NCBI GenBank assembly: GCA_046052125.1
Contig: JBJOMY010000002.1
Coordinates: 1-64,000, forward strand
Length of the DNA: 64,000 nucleotides
Direction: 5' to 3'
From: Cyanobacteriota bacterium
GTDB taxonomy: Bacteria; Cyanobacteriota; Cyanobacteriia; PCC-6307; Cyanobiaceae
Shown: positions 1 through 12,900 of the stretch, piece by piece
How the letters are laid out: each line of letters opens with the position of its first letter
Numbering within the stretch: position 1 is the first letter of the stretch
Made by a program: the position numbers and the translations under genes
The notes under the pieces: model-generated
Told to the model about the DNA's origin: nothing
What the model saw: the letters and a program-made list of their open reading frames with translations, nothing else
The model's database searches: none

Positions 1-958
1 TCGTGCTGGAAACGTCTCCCTCTACGCCAACGGCACTTTCCTCACCTCAGGAAACATCTCCCACGGCATCCTTCTCCAGTCCATCGGCGGTGGCGGCGGT
101 CAAGGCGGTTCCGTCACCTCCAATGCCTCCGCTAGCGCCGACTCCGCGAATTCCTCCTTCTCCTTCGGCGCCTCCGCTTCCCTCTCCGGCTCCGGCGGTA
201 GTGCCGGTGCAGCCGGTGATGTCTTTGGCTCCATCGCCGGTGACATCCAAACCCAGGGCGATGGCTCCATCGGCTTCTTCGCTCAGTCCGTGGGTGGTGG
301 TGGTGGCGCCGGTGGCTCCGTCACCAATGCCGCCGGCTCCGGTGGCAACGCCTCCCTTCAAGCCTCCGCCTCCTTCGCCATGGGTGGCGCCGGTGGCAGC
401 GGCGGCTCCGCTGGTGATGTCTCCTTCGCCGTTCCCTCTCAACTCACCGTCATCACCGGAAACCTCACTGCAGGTACCGGCACTGGCGCTCACGGCATCC
501 TCCTCCAGTCCATCGGTGGCGGTGGCGGTCAAGGCGGTTCCATCCTCTCCGGCAACGCCACAACCTCCGCTTCCAACTCCTCCTTCTCCTTCGGCGCCTC
601 CGCTTCTCTCTCCGGTTCCGGTGGTGCCGGCGGTTCCGCTGGCTCCGTCTCCCTCGGTTCCTCCTCTCAAATCGCTCCCCTCGCCGTTCAAACCTTCGGC
701 GATAACGCTCACGGCGTCTTCCTTCAGTCCGTCGGCGGCGGTGGCGGTGCCGGTGGCTCCGTTAACTCCGCGGCAGCCGGCGGCAACCTCTCCGCTTCCT
801 TCGCCATGGGCGGTGCCGGTGGCTCCGGGGCTCGTGCTGGAAACGTCTCCCTCTACGCCAACGGCACTTTCCTCACCTCAGGAAACATCTCCCACGGCAT
901 CCTTCTCCAGTCCATCGGCGGTGGCGGCGGTCAAGGCGGTTCCGTCACCTCCAATGCC
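1..958 (+). repeat. Exact 127-bp direct repeat (1-127 = 832-958), period 831 bp (277 codons)
   Basis: Base-by-base identity from tcgtgctggaaac to tccaatgcc. Further near-identical sub-blocks at ~62-110 / ~491-540 and ~153-200 / ~578-625. Confidence 0.92.
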
Positions 959-3900
959 ACGGCAGGAGCCAGCGAAGCCAACGCCACCTTCAGCATGGGG
1001 CTGAATGCCAGCAGTGCTGGTGAGGGCGGCAAGGGCGGTTATGGCGGTGCTGTCACGGCTCAGCTAGCCGGCACCGTCCAAACAACAGGCGACCAGTCGA
1101 TCGGCGTGTTCCTGCAATCGGTGGGCGGTGGAGGCGGTGCGGCCGGCACGGTCACCAACACCGGCGCCGGTGCCAATGCCACCTACAGCGCCGGCGCCAG
1201 CTACAGCATGGGCGGTGCTGGCGGCTCAGGTGCCAATGGCGGCAAGGTCAAGCTCAAGCAGAAGGGCAGCGGCAACCTCACGGTGTTCACCGAGGGTGAC
1301 AACAGCCAGGCCATCCTGCTGCAATCCGTTGGCGGGGGCGGGGGCCAGGGATCGAGCGTCAGCAACAGTTCGAACGGCGGTAACGGCAGCTACTCCTTGG
1401 GCGGCAGCGTGGGTGCCCCCGGCGCTGGTGGTGGTGGGGGCAATGGCGGCTCCGTGACCGCCACGTTGAAGCAGCTGATCATTCAGACGACGGGCAACAG
1501 CTCCCCCGGCCTGATGGCCCAGAGCGTTGGTGGCGGCGGCGGCGCGGCCGGGACAACGATGAACGATGTGCAGGACGCCAGCGTGAGCCTGCAGCTCAAC
1601 CTTGGGGCTAGCGGCGGCGACGGCGGCAGCGCCGGCAAGGTGAACGTCACCGTGAATGGCGGTCAGCTCGCCACCTTCGGTGACAGTTCAGCGGCGATCT
1701 ACGCCCAGAGTGTGGGTGGCGGTGGTGGTCAGGCGAGTTCCGCCATGGGCAATGGCGACGGGTCAAGCGTCTCGTTGAGCGGCACGATGGGCGGAACCGG
1801 CGGCGGTGGCGGTGGCGGCGGTTCCGTGAGCGTCAGCAATCGGGCCCGCATCAGCACCAGCGGTGTCAACTCCGTCGGCATCTACGCCCAAAGCGTCGGC
1901 GGTGGTGGTGGCGAAAGCAGCGTCACCAGCCCGAGCACCAGCTCCTCCAACAACCTCAACGGCAGCTTGCAGATCGGAGGCAGTGGTGGCTCCGGTGGCA
2001 ACGGCGGCAATGTGACCGTGACCAACCGCGGTCGCATCGACACGCTCGGCTCCCAAGCCCATGGCGTGTTTGCCCAGAGCGTTGGCGGCGGTGGCGGTCG
2101 CGTCTCCATGGCACTGGCCAACAATTCGAGCAACACGGGCAATGCAGCCCTGAGCGTTGGTGCCAGCGGCGGGAGTGGCGGTAATGCCGGCTCCGTGAAG
2201 GTGACCAACCGTAGTGTGATCGTGACCCAGGGCGATGCCGCCTACGGCATCTATGCCCAGAGCGTGGGCGGTGGTGGTGGTTCGGTGAGCAGCAGCTCGT
2301 CGGTGGCCCTGACGTTCGGGGCCAGTGGCGGCGACGGCGGCAACGCCGGCTCGATCACCATCACCAACAGCGGCAGTGTGGGCACCTACGGCAACAACGC
2401 CGTCGGGGTGTTTGCCCAATCGGTGGGTGGCGGTGGTGGCGATGCCGGCACCACCCAGTCGACCCTCACCATGGGAGCCAGTGGCGGCACTGGTGGCAGT
2501 GCCGGTTCGATCAACATCGACAACTCCGGACTGATCGTTACCTATGGCGCCAGCTCAATCGGCGTCTTCGCCCAATCGGTCGGCGGCGGCGGCGGCCGCG
2601 CCACCACGGGCAACGGAGCCGCGAACTTCGGAGCCAGTGGTGGCGCCGGCGGTAACGCCGGCAACGTGAGCCTGGTGAACAGCGGCACCATCGCCACCTA
2701 TGGCGAAGACTCGATCCCTGTGTTGCTCTCCAGCGTCGGCGGCGGTGGCGGCATCGCCAACAGCGGCTTCCTCGATGCCGTGCTGGGCAGCCAAAGCTCA
2801 GGCAGCAATGGTCAATCCGGGGTCACAAGCCTGGTGAACACGGGCACACTCCAATCCAGTGCCATCTACTCGCCCGGCATCCTTTATCAATCGATCGGCG
2901 GCGGCGGCGGCAGCATCAACCGCATCTCCGGCAGCGCGACCGCCGGCTCCACGTCAGCCACAGGTGCCCAAGGGGCTCAGCCGATCACCCTGAGCAACAG
3001 TGGCAACATCATCACGCTGGGCGCCTACTCCGGCGCTTTGATCGCCCAGAGCATCGGTGGAGGCGGCGGCCGCATCGCCCAGGTGGGAACATCCGCCGTG
3101 CTCGGCGCCACCAACGCCAGCAGCAGCGCCAATCTCAACGGCGGGGCGATCACCATTAATTCCAGCAGCACCTTCCTGCTCACCGAAGGCACCTACAGCC
3201 CAGGGATCCTGGCTCAGACCATCGGCGGCGGCGGCGGCTACATGGGCCCCGTAGGCAGCGGCAACGCCAGCCTTGGCATCAGCGGCAGCCAGGGCCAGGC
3301 CAATGGTGGTGCGATCACGGTGAACAACAGCGCCATCATCGTGACCAAGGGCGACTATTCAGGCGCCATCACCCTCCAGAGCATTGGTGGTGGTGGTGGC
3401 CAGGTGGGCACAGTCAACGGAAGTGTGCAGCTGGGTTCGATCAACAGCGGTGGTAGTCAGGCCGGCGGCAACATCACCCTCAACAACAGCGCTTCTCTCG
3501 AGACCACCGCCAACAGCAGCCCTCTGCTGATCGCCCAAAGCGTCGGCGGTGGTGGTGGTGTCGTGGGGCTGGTCAGTGGCTCCGCCAATCTCGGCAGCAT
3601 CAACATCGCCCCCGGCACGAACGCTCAGGGCGGCCAGATCAGCATCGTCAACACGGGCGAAAGCCTGGTGACACGCGGCCAGAACTCGCCGGCTTTCTAC
3701 GCCCAGAGCGTGGGTGGTGGTGGTGGTCGTGCAGCGGCTGTGACTGGCAACGTGACCATGGGCGCCAGCGGCAGTGGCTACCTCTCTGGCGGCAATGTGA
3801 GCGTCAACAACACCGCCAATGTGGCCACCACGGGCATCAATGGCTTAGCCATCCTGGTGCAGAGCATCGGTGGTGGCGGTGGCACCGCAGGGATCTCCGA

Positions 3901-6900
3901 GGGCAATGCGGTGGTGCTCGGCGGCTCCGCCCTCGGCGAAACCATGGGTGGAGCCGTGAGTTTGATCAACTCCGGCACCATCTACACCGAGGGCAACAAT
4001 GCCTCGGCGCTGCTGGTGCAGAGCATCGGTGGCGGTGGTGGTGCAGCCGCCAAATCTGCCGGAGACCTCAGCCGGCTCGGCGGCACGGCCGGTCAGCAGA
4101 GCGGCGGCGGCAGCGTCACCATCAACAACAGCGGCGCCATCCAAACCATGGGCTACGGCTCGGCTGGCTTTGTGGCGCAGAGCATCGGTGGCGGCGGTGG
4201 CTACATCGCGGAAACGAACGACACCGACAGCTACGACGTCACCCTCTCCGGCACCGGACAAGAGCAGGCCAGTGGTGGCAACCTGACGATCACCAACACA
4301 GCCCCCTTCATCAGCACCAATGGGAGCTACTCCCCAGCATTGGTCGCCCAGAGCATCGGTGGTGGTGGTGGTTGGTCGCTGCTGCGTAGCAATCCAGATG
4401 CCCAGATCGGCAGCGAAAGCGGTGGCGGCATGACTGGGGGCTCCGTCAATCTGCGGAGCACATCAAACATCTACACCACAGGCGCCTCCTCAGCTGGCGT
4501 GGTGATCCAGAGCATCGGGGGTGGCGGTGGTGTCACCGGTAGTGCCGTGGGCAACGTGACGCTTGGAGCCAGCAACGTGAGCGGCAACCTTTCTGGCGGC
4601 CCTCTGACGGTGCAGCTTTCGGGCATCGTCTACACCACCGGCTATGCCTCACCCGCAGTGGTGGTGCAGAGCATCGGCGGCGGCGGCGGCCTGGGTGATG
4701 TGGTCGGCGGTAACGCTCAGCTCGGCCAAAGCGGCACCCAAAGCTCCAACAGCAACAGTGGCACCATCACCCTCAAGACCCAGGGCCGGGCGGTCCAGAC
4801 CGACGGCACAGGCGCACCGGCTGTGATAGCACAAAGCATCGGTGGTGGCGGCGGCTGGCTGTCGGATGTGTCGGTGAATGCCAACTTGGGCGGCACCACA
4901 GCGTCGGGAGGCAGCAGCAGCGCTGGTGCCATCCAGGTCACCAACAACTACAAATTGATCGCCACCCAGGGCCGCAACAGCACGGGTCTCCTGGTGCAGA
5001 GCATCGGTGGCGGTGGTGGTTTCACCGGTATCACCGCCGGCGCCAACCTGATTCTGGGCGGCAGCAACACCGGCAACACCACTGGTGGGAACGTCCAGGT
5101 TCGCAGCCGCTCCACGATCACAACCACCGGTCTGAATGCAGCCGCGATGGTGGTGCAATCGGTTGGCGGTGGTGGTGGATCGTCCGCCACCATCAGCGGC
5201 GATCTGATCCGTCTGGGCGGCAGCGGCAGCGGCGATGCCAGTGCCGGGGCGATAAACGTCACCAACAGCGGCAACCTGCAAACCGAAGGCACAGGCTCAG
5301 CAGCCCTGTTGGTGCAGAGCATCGGTGGTGGTGGTGGCTACATCTCCGAGGTGAATGGCGATGAGCAATACAGCGTCTTCTTCGGTGCCCGGGGCAACCT
5401 CTCATCCAATGGGGGATCCATCAATCTGCGCAACAGCGCCCGGCAGATCACCACTCTTGGCGACTATTCCGCCGCCGTGAACGTGCAGAGCATTGGCGGC
5501 GGCGGCGGCTACGCCCTGATCAAGGGTGCCAATCGAGCTGCAACCCGTCTGGGGTCCATCGGTGCGGATGCCAGCGCCAATGGTGGCAATCTTGAGATCA
5601 CCAACGCCGCGAACATCTACACCCAGGGGGTCTCCTCGGTGGGGATTAACGCGCAGAGCATCGGTGGCGGTGGCGGCACGATCGCTGCAGCGTCAGGCCG
5701 CCTCAACCTCGGTGCTGATCTGCTCGCCGGCAGCGCCAATGCAGGGGCGATCAGCTTCAACAACAGCGGGAGTGTCTACACACAAGGAGACTTCTCCCCG
5801 GCCCTGTTCATCCAGAGCATCGGCGGCGGCGGCGGCAATGTGGGCGGTGGTGATAAGGACGGATTCAGCGATCTCGGCGCTACGGGCGTGTCAGGCCGGG
5901 GCAGCAGCAGCGGCGGCACGATCAGCGTGACCCTCAGCGGTGCATTGGCCCGCACCGACGGCAACACGGCGCCCGTTCTCACCGTGCAGAGCATCGGTGG
6001 CGGCGGCGGCCGGGTGGGCGATGCGGCCGGCGGCATCCTGCTTGGGGGTAGAGACCTGCAGGCCGCAGGTGGCGGCACGATCAGTGTCAACAGCAGCACC
6101 GAGCTGGTGAGCCTCGGGGCCGATTCCCCAACGGCCGTGATTCAGAGCATCGGCGGCGGTGGTGGCGTGGTGGGACGTGTCACCGGCACCCGGATCGGCA
6201 TGGGGGGAACAGGTCTCAACGATGCAGCAGGCGGCAACGTGAGCGTGAGCAACAGCGGAGACATGACCTCCCTGGGCCAGAACGCAGCCTTGCTGGTGGT
6301 ACAGAGCATCGGCGGCGGCGGCGGTTTCACCGCCACCACCCAGGGCTCGGAAAACGCCGCTGAAACCGTGAACCTCGGCAGCACCCAGAGCAGCAATGTG
6401 GCCGGCGGATCGATCACGGTGGTGAACAGTGCAGCGCTCAGAAGTGTCGGCACTGCTTCCGACACCCTGCTGGTACAAAGCGTGGGCGGTGGCGGCGGCG
6501 TCGTTGGGCGCATTGGCGACAGCCCGCGGGTGTTCAACCTCACCCTTGGCGGCTCTGACGTGAACAACGCCGCTGCTGGCGCCATCAACATCAACAACAG
6601 CGGCGCTCTGCTCTACACCGAAGGCGACTATTCCCGGGCCCTTCTGGTACAGAGCATCGGCGGCGGCGGCGGCTGGGCATACGTCAACTCCGACACCGAC
6701 TCACTGAGCTATGTGGGAGCCAACCGTGCAACCGGCGATAACGCTGCCGGATGGATCTCAGTTGTGAATAGTGCCGAAGTGGTGACCAAAGGGCTCAGCT
6801 CCGGCGGCATCATCATTCAGAGCATCGGCGGCGGCGGCGGCGTGATCGCCAATGCCGCTGGCGAGCTCACCATGGGATCCACCAACAGCACCGGCGACAC

Positions 6901-9900
6901 CTCCGGTGGCAGCGTGACCCTGCGCAACAGCGGCAACATCAGCACCCTGTCCATCGATTCACCAGCCCTGTTCGTGCAGAGCATCGGTGGCGGTGGTGGC
7001 CGCGCCAATAACATCCGAGGCGAGCTGCAGCTTGGTCTCACCGGCACCGAGGGGTCCCTGACTGCCAGCGCCGGCGACATCAACATCACCAACACCGGGG
7101 CCTTCATCAGCACCAGCGGCGATTACGCCGGCGGCTTGGTGGCCCAGAGCATCGGTGGCGGCGGCGGCCTCACGGGCAGCATCCTGGAAACCAACACAGA
7201 GGGACGACTGGGCAGCGGCGCTTACTCGCCGAGCACCACTGTTCCATCACTGGGAAACAGCTACATCCTCAATTCTGGCAACATCACGATCTCCAACACA
7301 GCTGAAATAACCACGATAGGCAGCTATTCACCGGCTCTGCTAGCCCAGACCATCGCCGGCGGTGGGGGCCTCACAGGAGAGATCACCGGTGGCACCCTCA
7401 CCATGGGCATGAATGGCGCCGCAGTGGCCAATGCCGGCAACATCACCATCACCAATAGCGGCCAGCTGCTCACCCGCGGCATCTTCTCCGCTGGTCTGCT
7501 GGCCCAGAGCATCGGCGGTGGCGGCGGCGCCACCAACTCGGAGGGCAACGACAAGTTCTTCATGGGCAGCCTGTTCGGCCAGCAGAGCCGCGCTGGCTCC
7601 GTGACCGTGAACAACAGCGGCTCGATTCAGACCCAGGGCGAAGGATCGGTTGCCCTGCTCGCGCAGAGCATCGGTGGCGGTGGTGGATACACCGCCTCGC
7701 TGGAATTCACCCCAGGCAACACAGCCGAAAAGATGTATCTCTCCGGCTTCTACACCAACGACGCTGCCGCTGGCGACATCACCGTAACGAACAGCGGCGA
7801 AACGGTGAGCACCCTCGGGGCCAACTCCCCAGCTCTCCTGATTCAGAGCGTGGGCGGCGGCGGCGGCTGGAGCTTCGTGGAAGGTATGCACTCCGCCAAG
7901 GGCCGCGTGGGCATGAAGGGCGGCAGCAATGCTCCCGGCGGCGACATCACAGTGACCAACAGCGCCGACCTGGTGACCCTGGGGGCCAACTCCCATGCCC
8001 TGCGCATCCAGAGCATCGGCGGCGGCGGTGGCTCGATTGCCGCCGATGCCGACTGGCTATCCCTGGGGGCGATCGACGGCGTGAGCACGGATGGTGTGAG
8101 CGATATCGCCCTACGAGGCGACCTGAGCGGCGGCGATGTGAACGTGACCAACAAGGGACGCATCAGCACCGCTGGAGAGAACGCCAGTGGCCTGGCCGTG
8201 CTCTCCCTCGGCGGTGGCGGCGGCTCGGTGTTCGGCTCGATCTACCAGCGCGCCAGCATGGGCAGCTCGGTGACGCTGGCGGGTGATACCAACCTCCAGG
8301 GCGGCAACGTCATGGTGAATTCCAAGGGCAAGTCGATCCAGACCCTGGGCAGCGCGGCACCGGCCGTGATGGTGCAGAGCATCGGTGGCGGCGGCGGCTA
8401 CGTGGGCAGCATCCAAGGCGATCTCACGATGGGCGGCAATGTGGCCGGACTGGCCATGGGCGGCAGCATCAGCGTGAAGAACCGGGCGGAGATCTCCACC
8501 ACAGGCAACAGCTCCCCCGGTCTGCTGATTCACTCCGTCGGCGGCGGCGGCGGCGCCACAGGCCCCATCAGTGGTGATGCCTCCTTCGCACTTCTGGGCA
8601 GCGTCGGCTCCGCCAACAACAGCGCAGCTGCCGTGACGGTGACCAACCGCGGCACCGTGACCACGCAGGGCAGCAATGCCCCCGCCCTGCTGGCCCAGAG
8701 CATCGGCGGCGGCGGTGGTTACACCACCACCAGCAGCGGCACCGATCTGATCCTGATGGGCAGCTACGGCACCGGCACCCAGCAGGGCGGGGCCGTGAGC
8801 GTGAACAACAAGGCGATCCTGCAAACCCAGGGTCGCGGCTCTCAGGCCCTGGTGGCCCAGAGCATCGGCGGTGGTGGCGGCTTTGTGGGCCAGGTGAGCG
8901 ACAACTCCAGCCCCACCCTCATCCTTGGCGCCAAGGGAGCTCTGGTGGACGGCAACCAGCGGCGCACCTTCATCGACAACATCCGGGCCGACCAGGCGAC
9001 CTTCGATTCTTTGGATCCCAGCACCATCGATGGCTTGAATGATGCGCTGAGCCTCCTGGCCCAACAGTTCAGCAACCAGGCCGGCGCCGGTGATGCCAGC
9101 GCTGTCACCGTTGAATCTTCGGCCCGTTACCTCGCCACCCAGGGCAACGCCGCCACGGTGCTGCTGGCCCAGAGCATCGGCGGCGGCGGTGGCTGGAGCG
9201 TGCTGCAGGGATCCGACGATCTGATGCTGCTGGGCTCCATCAAAGGCGGCCAGGGCAATGCCGGCAGCGTGAGCGTGACCAACAGCTCAATCCTCTCCAG
9301 CCTGGGCGACTTCTCCTCCGCCCTGCTGGTGCAGTCGCTCGGGGGCGGTGGTGGCTTTGCCGGTGATGGCGGCCGCCAGGCCCATCTCGGCGCCTATGAG
9401 AGCAATGGCTCCATGCAGGGCAGCACGGTCACCGTGAACAACAGCGCCGCGCTGGTGACCCAGGGCAACAGCTCAATCGGCCTGCTCGCCCAAAGCATTG
9501 GTGGTGGCGGCGGCAAGGTGGTGACCATCAACGGTGCCGCTCAACTCGGCAGCATCGGTGTTCTGGGCGCTGGCAGTTCCCAGAACTCCGGCACTGTGGT
9601 CGTGGTGAACACTGCCCCTGGCATCCAAACTGCTGGCAACAATGCCCCCGCCCTGCTTGCCCAGAGCATCGGCGGCGGCGGCGGCATCGTGGCAACCGTG
9701 AATGGCGAGGTGACCCTCGGCAGCACTGACAGTGCCGGTAGTCAACAGGGCGGCAACGTCACGGTGCGCAACAGCGGCGTTCTGATCACCAGCGGCACCA
9801 ACGCCGCAGGCCTGGTGGCCCAAAGCATCGGTGGTGGCGGCGGCATGGCCGGCATCAACAGCAGCAACCTCTCCATGCAGCTCGGCAGCTCAGGGGGCAC

Positions 9901-12900
9901 AAACCTTCAGGCCGGCGCCGTCACGGTCACGAACAACGCTCAGATTCAAACCACAGGCAACAATGCCGCGGGCATGACCCTGCAGAGCATCGGCGGCGGC
10001 GGCGGCATGGCAGCCAGCAGCGCCACAACCGCCAGCGGCGACGACCGGCTGGGCAGCACCAACAGCAGCAACAGCGGCGCTGGCGCCCTCGAGCTCACCA
10101 GCAGTGGCCAGATCACAACCGCAGGTAGCGGTTCTCCGGCCCTGTTGCTCCAGAGCATCGGTGGCGGCGGCGGCGCCATTCAAGCGATCGACAACGCTGC
10201 AACCACCAACCTCAGCCTCGGCGCCAGCGGCGGCGGCAACGCCAGCGGCAACACCGTGCAACTGGACCATCGCGATGGTGTGATCGCCACCAGCGGAGAG
10301 AACGCTGCCGGAGTTGTGGTGCAGAGCATCGGCGGTGGTGGCGGCTGGTCACTGGCGCAAAGCACCCTCTCCACAACCCTGGGCAGCAACGGGCTCCTTG
10401 ACGGCTCCGCCGCCGCAGTCAGCGCTCTGCTCAACAGCAACGTGGCCACCAGTGGCAACAACTCACCCGCTCTCGTGCTGCAGAGCATCGGCGGGGGTGG
10501 TGGCTACGGCGGCAACAGTCAGGGCAATATCCAGCTGGGCGCCATCAACAGCAGCGGCAATCTCTCTGGTGGTGCAATTGAGCTGAACCTCAACGGCAGC
10601 CTCCAAACCACGGGCAACAACGCACCGGTGGTGTTGATCCAGAGCATCGGCGGCGGCGGTGGCCGCGCCGCCAACGCCGACGGCAATGCCAGCCTTGGTC
10701 TGAGCAACAACAGCAGCACCGGCAGCGTCGACGCCAGTGCCGCTGACATCACGGTCACCGTGGCCAGCAGCCCCGTTGGTCTGGTGTCGCTGGGCGACGA
10801 GTCACCGGCGCTGGTGGTTCAGAGCATCGGTGGCGGCGGCGGCATCGTGGCCAGCGTCAACGGCAACGCCAACCTCCAGGGCAGCGGCAACGGCAACCTC
10901 TCCGGTGGCGATGTCACCGTGTCCACCGAGGCCATGGTCCGCACCCTCGGCAACAACGCGGCGGCCCTGCTGGCCCAGAGCATCGGCGGTGGAGGTGGCG
11001 CAGCCAGTGTGGTGGGCGGCGACACCATTCAACTCGGCACCAGCAGCAGCGGCACCAGCATCAGCGGCACCGTCACGGTGACCACCAAGGAGCTGATCAC
11101 CACCCAGGGTCGCAATGCCGCCGCCATCGTCGCCCAGTCGATCGCTGGTGGCGGCGGTATCGCCTACACCGACCAGGGCAGTGTCACCCTTGGAGGCAGC
11201 GTTAATGGCCTGGCGAATGCCGGCGATGTGACCGTGACCACCGCCAACGCCTCCACGGTGGCGACGGCGGGAGAGAGCGCTGTGGCTGTGCTGGCTCAGA
11301 GCATTGCCGGAGGTGGCGGCTTTGTGGGCGGCAGCGGCACCGGCAACAGCTCGAGTGTGCGCCTCGGTGGCTCGGGCAACCAGCTCGGCAACAGTGGAGC
11401 GGTGTCGGTCAGCCTGGCCAACGACGGCACGGTGCAAACCAGCGGCAACCAATCCCCGGCAGTGATCGCTCAGAGCATCGGCGGGGGTGGCGGCTTCACC
11501 AACCAGAGCGGCACCAGCATGAGCCTGGGCATGAGCGGCGGCCGTGGCAGCAACGCCAACACGGTCACCGTGGTGAACCGAGGCCGCATCTTCACGAGCG
11601 GCGACAACTCAGAAGGCGTCATCGCCCAGAGCATCGGCGGCGGCGGTGGTTCAGCCGGAGCCAGCGGCACCAGCCTGGTGATGGGTGCCAGCGGTGGTGC
11701 CAACGGCTCCGGTAGCGACGTCAGCGTGCGCAACCAGGGCACCAAGATCGTCACCAGCGGCAACTACTCCATCGGTGTGGTGGCCCAGAGCGTCGGCGCC
11801 GGTGGTGGTCGGGTGGCCAGCGCCAGCGGCAGCATCACCCTCGGTGCCGATGGTGGCTCCGGCGATGGCGGCTCGGTGTTGCTCAACAACAAAAATGGCT
11901 TGATCGCCACCTCCGGCGACTACGCACCGGCCTACCTGATCCAATCCGTGGGTGGCGGTGGTGGCGTCGTGGGGATTGGCACCGGCAGTTCCAGTGGCGA
12001 GGTGGTGCTGGGTGGCGGCAGCAGCGGCACGGCCGGTAGCGGTGGTGTGGTGGCCCTCACCAACAACAAGGGCAAGATCCAGACCACCGGTCAATACTCC
12101 GCCGGCGTCATTCACCAGAGCATCGGTGGCGGCGGCGGCTGGATCGGCAGCGTGACCTCCGGCAACGTGCGCCTCGGCGGTCAAACCGTCGGGCGCTCCG
12201 ACGGTGCCGATCTCAACTTGATCCTGCGCTACAAGCTGGTGACCAACGGCGACAACGCGCCTGGTGTCACCCTCCAGAGCCTCGGCGGTGGCGGCGGTGT
12301 GGTGGCCAACGTGGGCGGCAACCTCAGTCTGGGAGGCAGCCTGTCAGGGGCAATATCTGCCAGCGGCGGCAGCCTCAATTACACGGGCTACAACAAGCAG
12401 ATCGCCACCAACGGCAGCGACTCCCCCGCTCTCGTGCTGCAGAGCATCGGCGGAGGCGGTGGCTTGGTGGGTTCGCTCGGCGGGTCCCTGAGCGTGGGGA
12501 CCACCACATCAGCCGGCAGCTTCAGCAATGGCGCCGCAATCACAGCGGTGAATCGCGCTGAACTGAGCACCAACGGCAACAATTCCGCCGCCGTGGTGCT
12601 GCAGAGCATCGGCGGTGGTGGTGGTCTGATCGCCAGCTCCCCTCGTGGCGTCACGATCGGAAGCAACGGGTCCGGCGTTAGCCGTTCCGGCGACCTAAAC
12701 CTCACCACCCTCCAAGCGATCCAGACCCGGGGGATCAACTCCCCCGGTGTGATTCTCCAGAGCATCGGTGGCGGCGGCGCCCTCGCCACTGCCAGCGGTG
12801 GCGCGATCGCTCTAGGCGGATCCCCCCAGGGCAACAGCAACAGCGGCTCGATCACCTACAGCAGCCAATCCACCATCGGCACCGGCGGAAGCGGCGGCGC

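Noticed and set aside
3..1004. 333-aa Ser/Pro-rich ORF and antisense 47..712
   Set aside because: Shadows of the autotransporter frame, created by the pyrimidine-rich third positions in this block.
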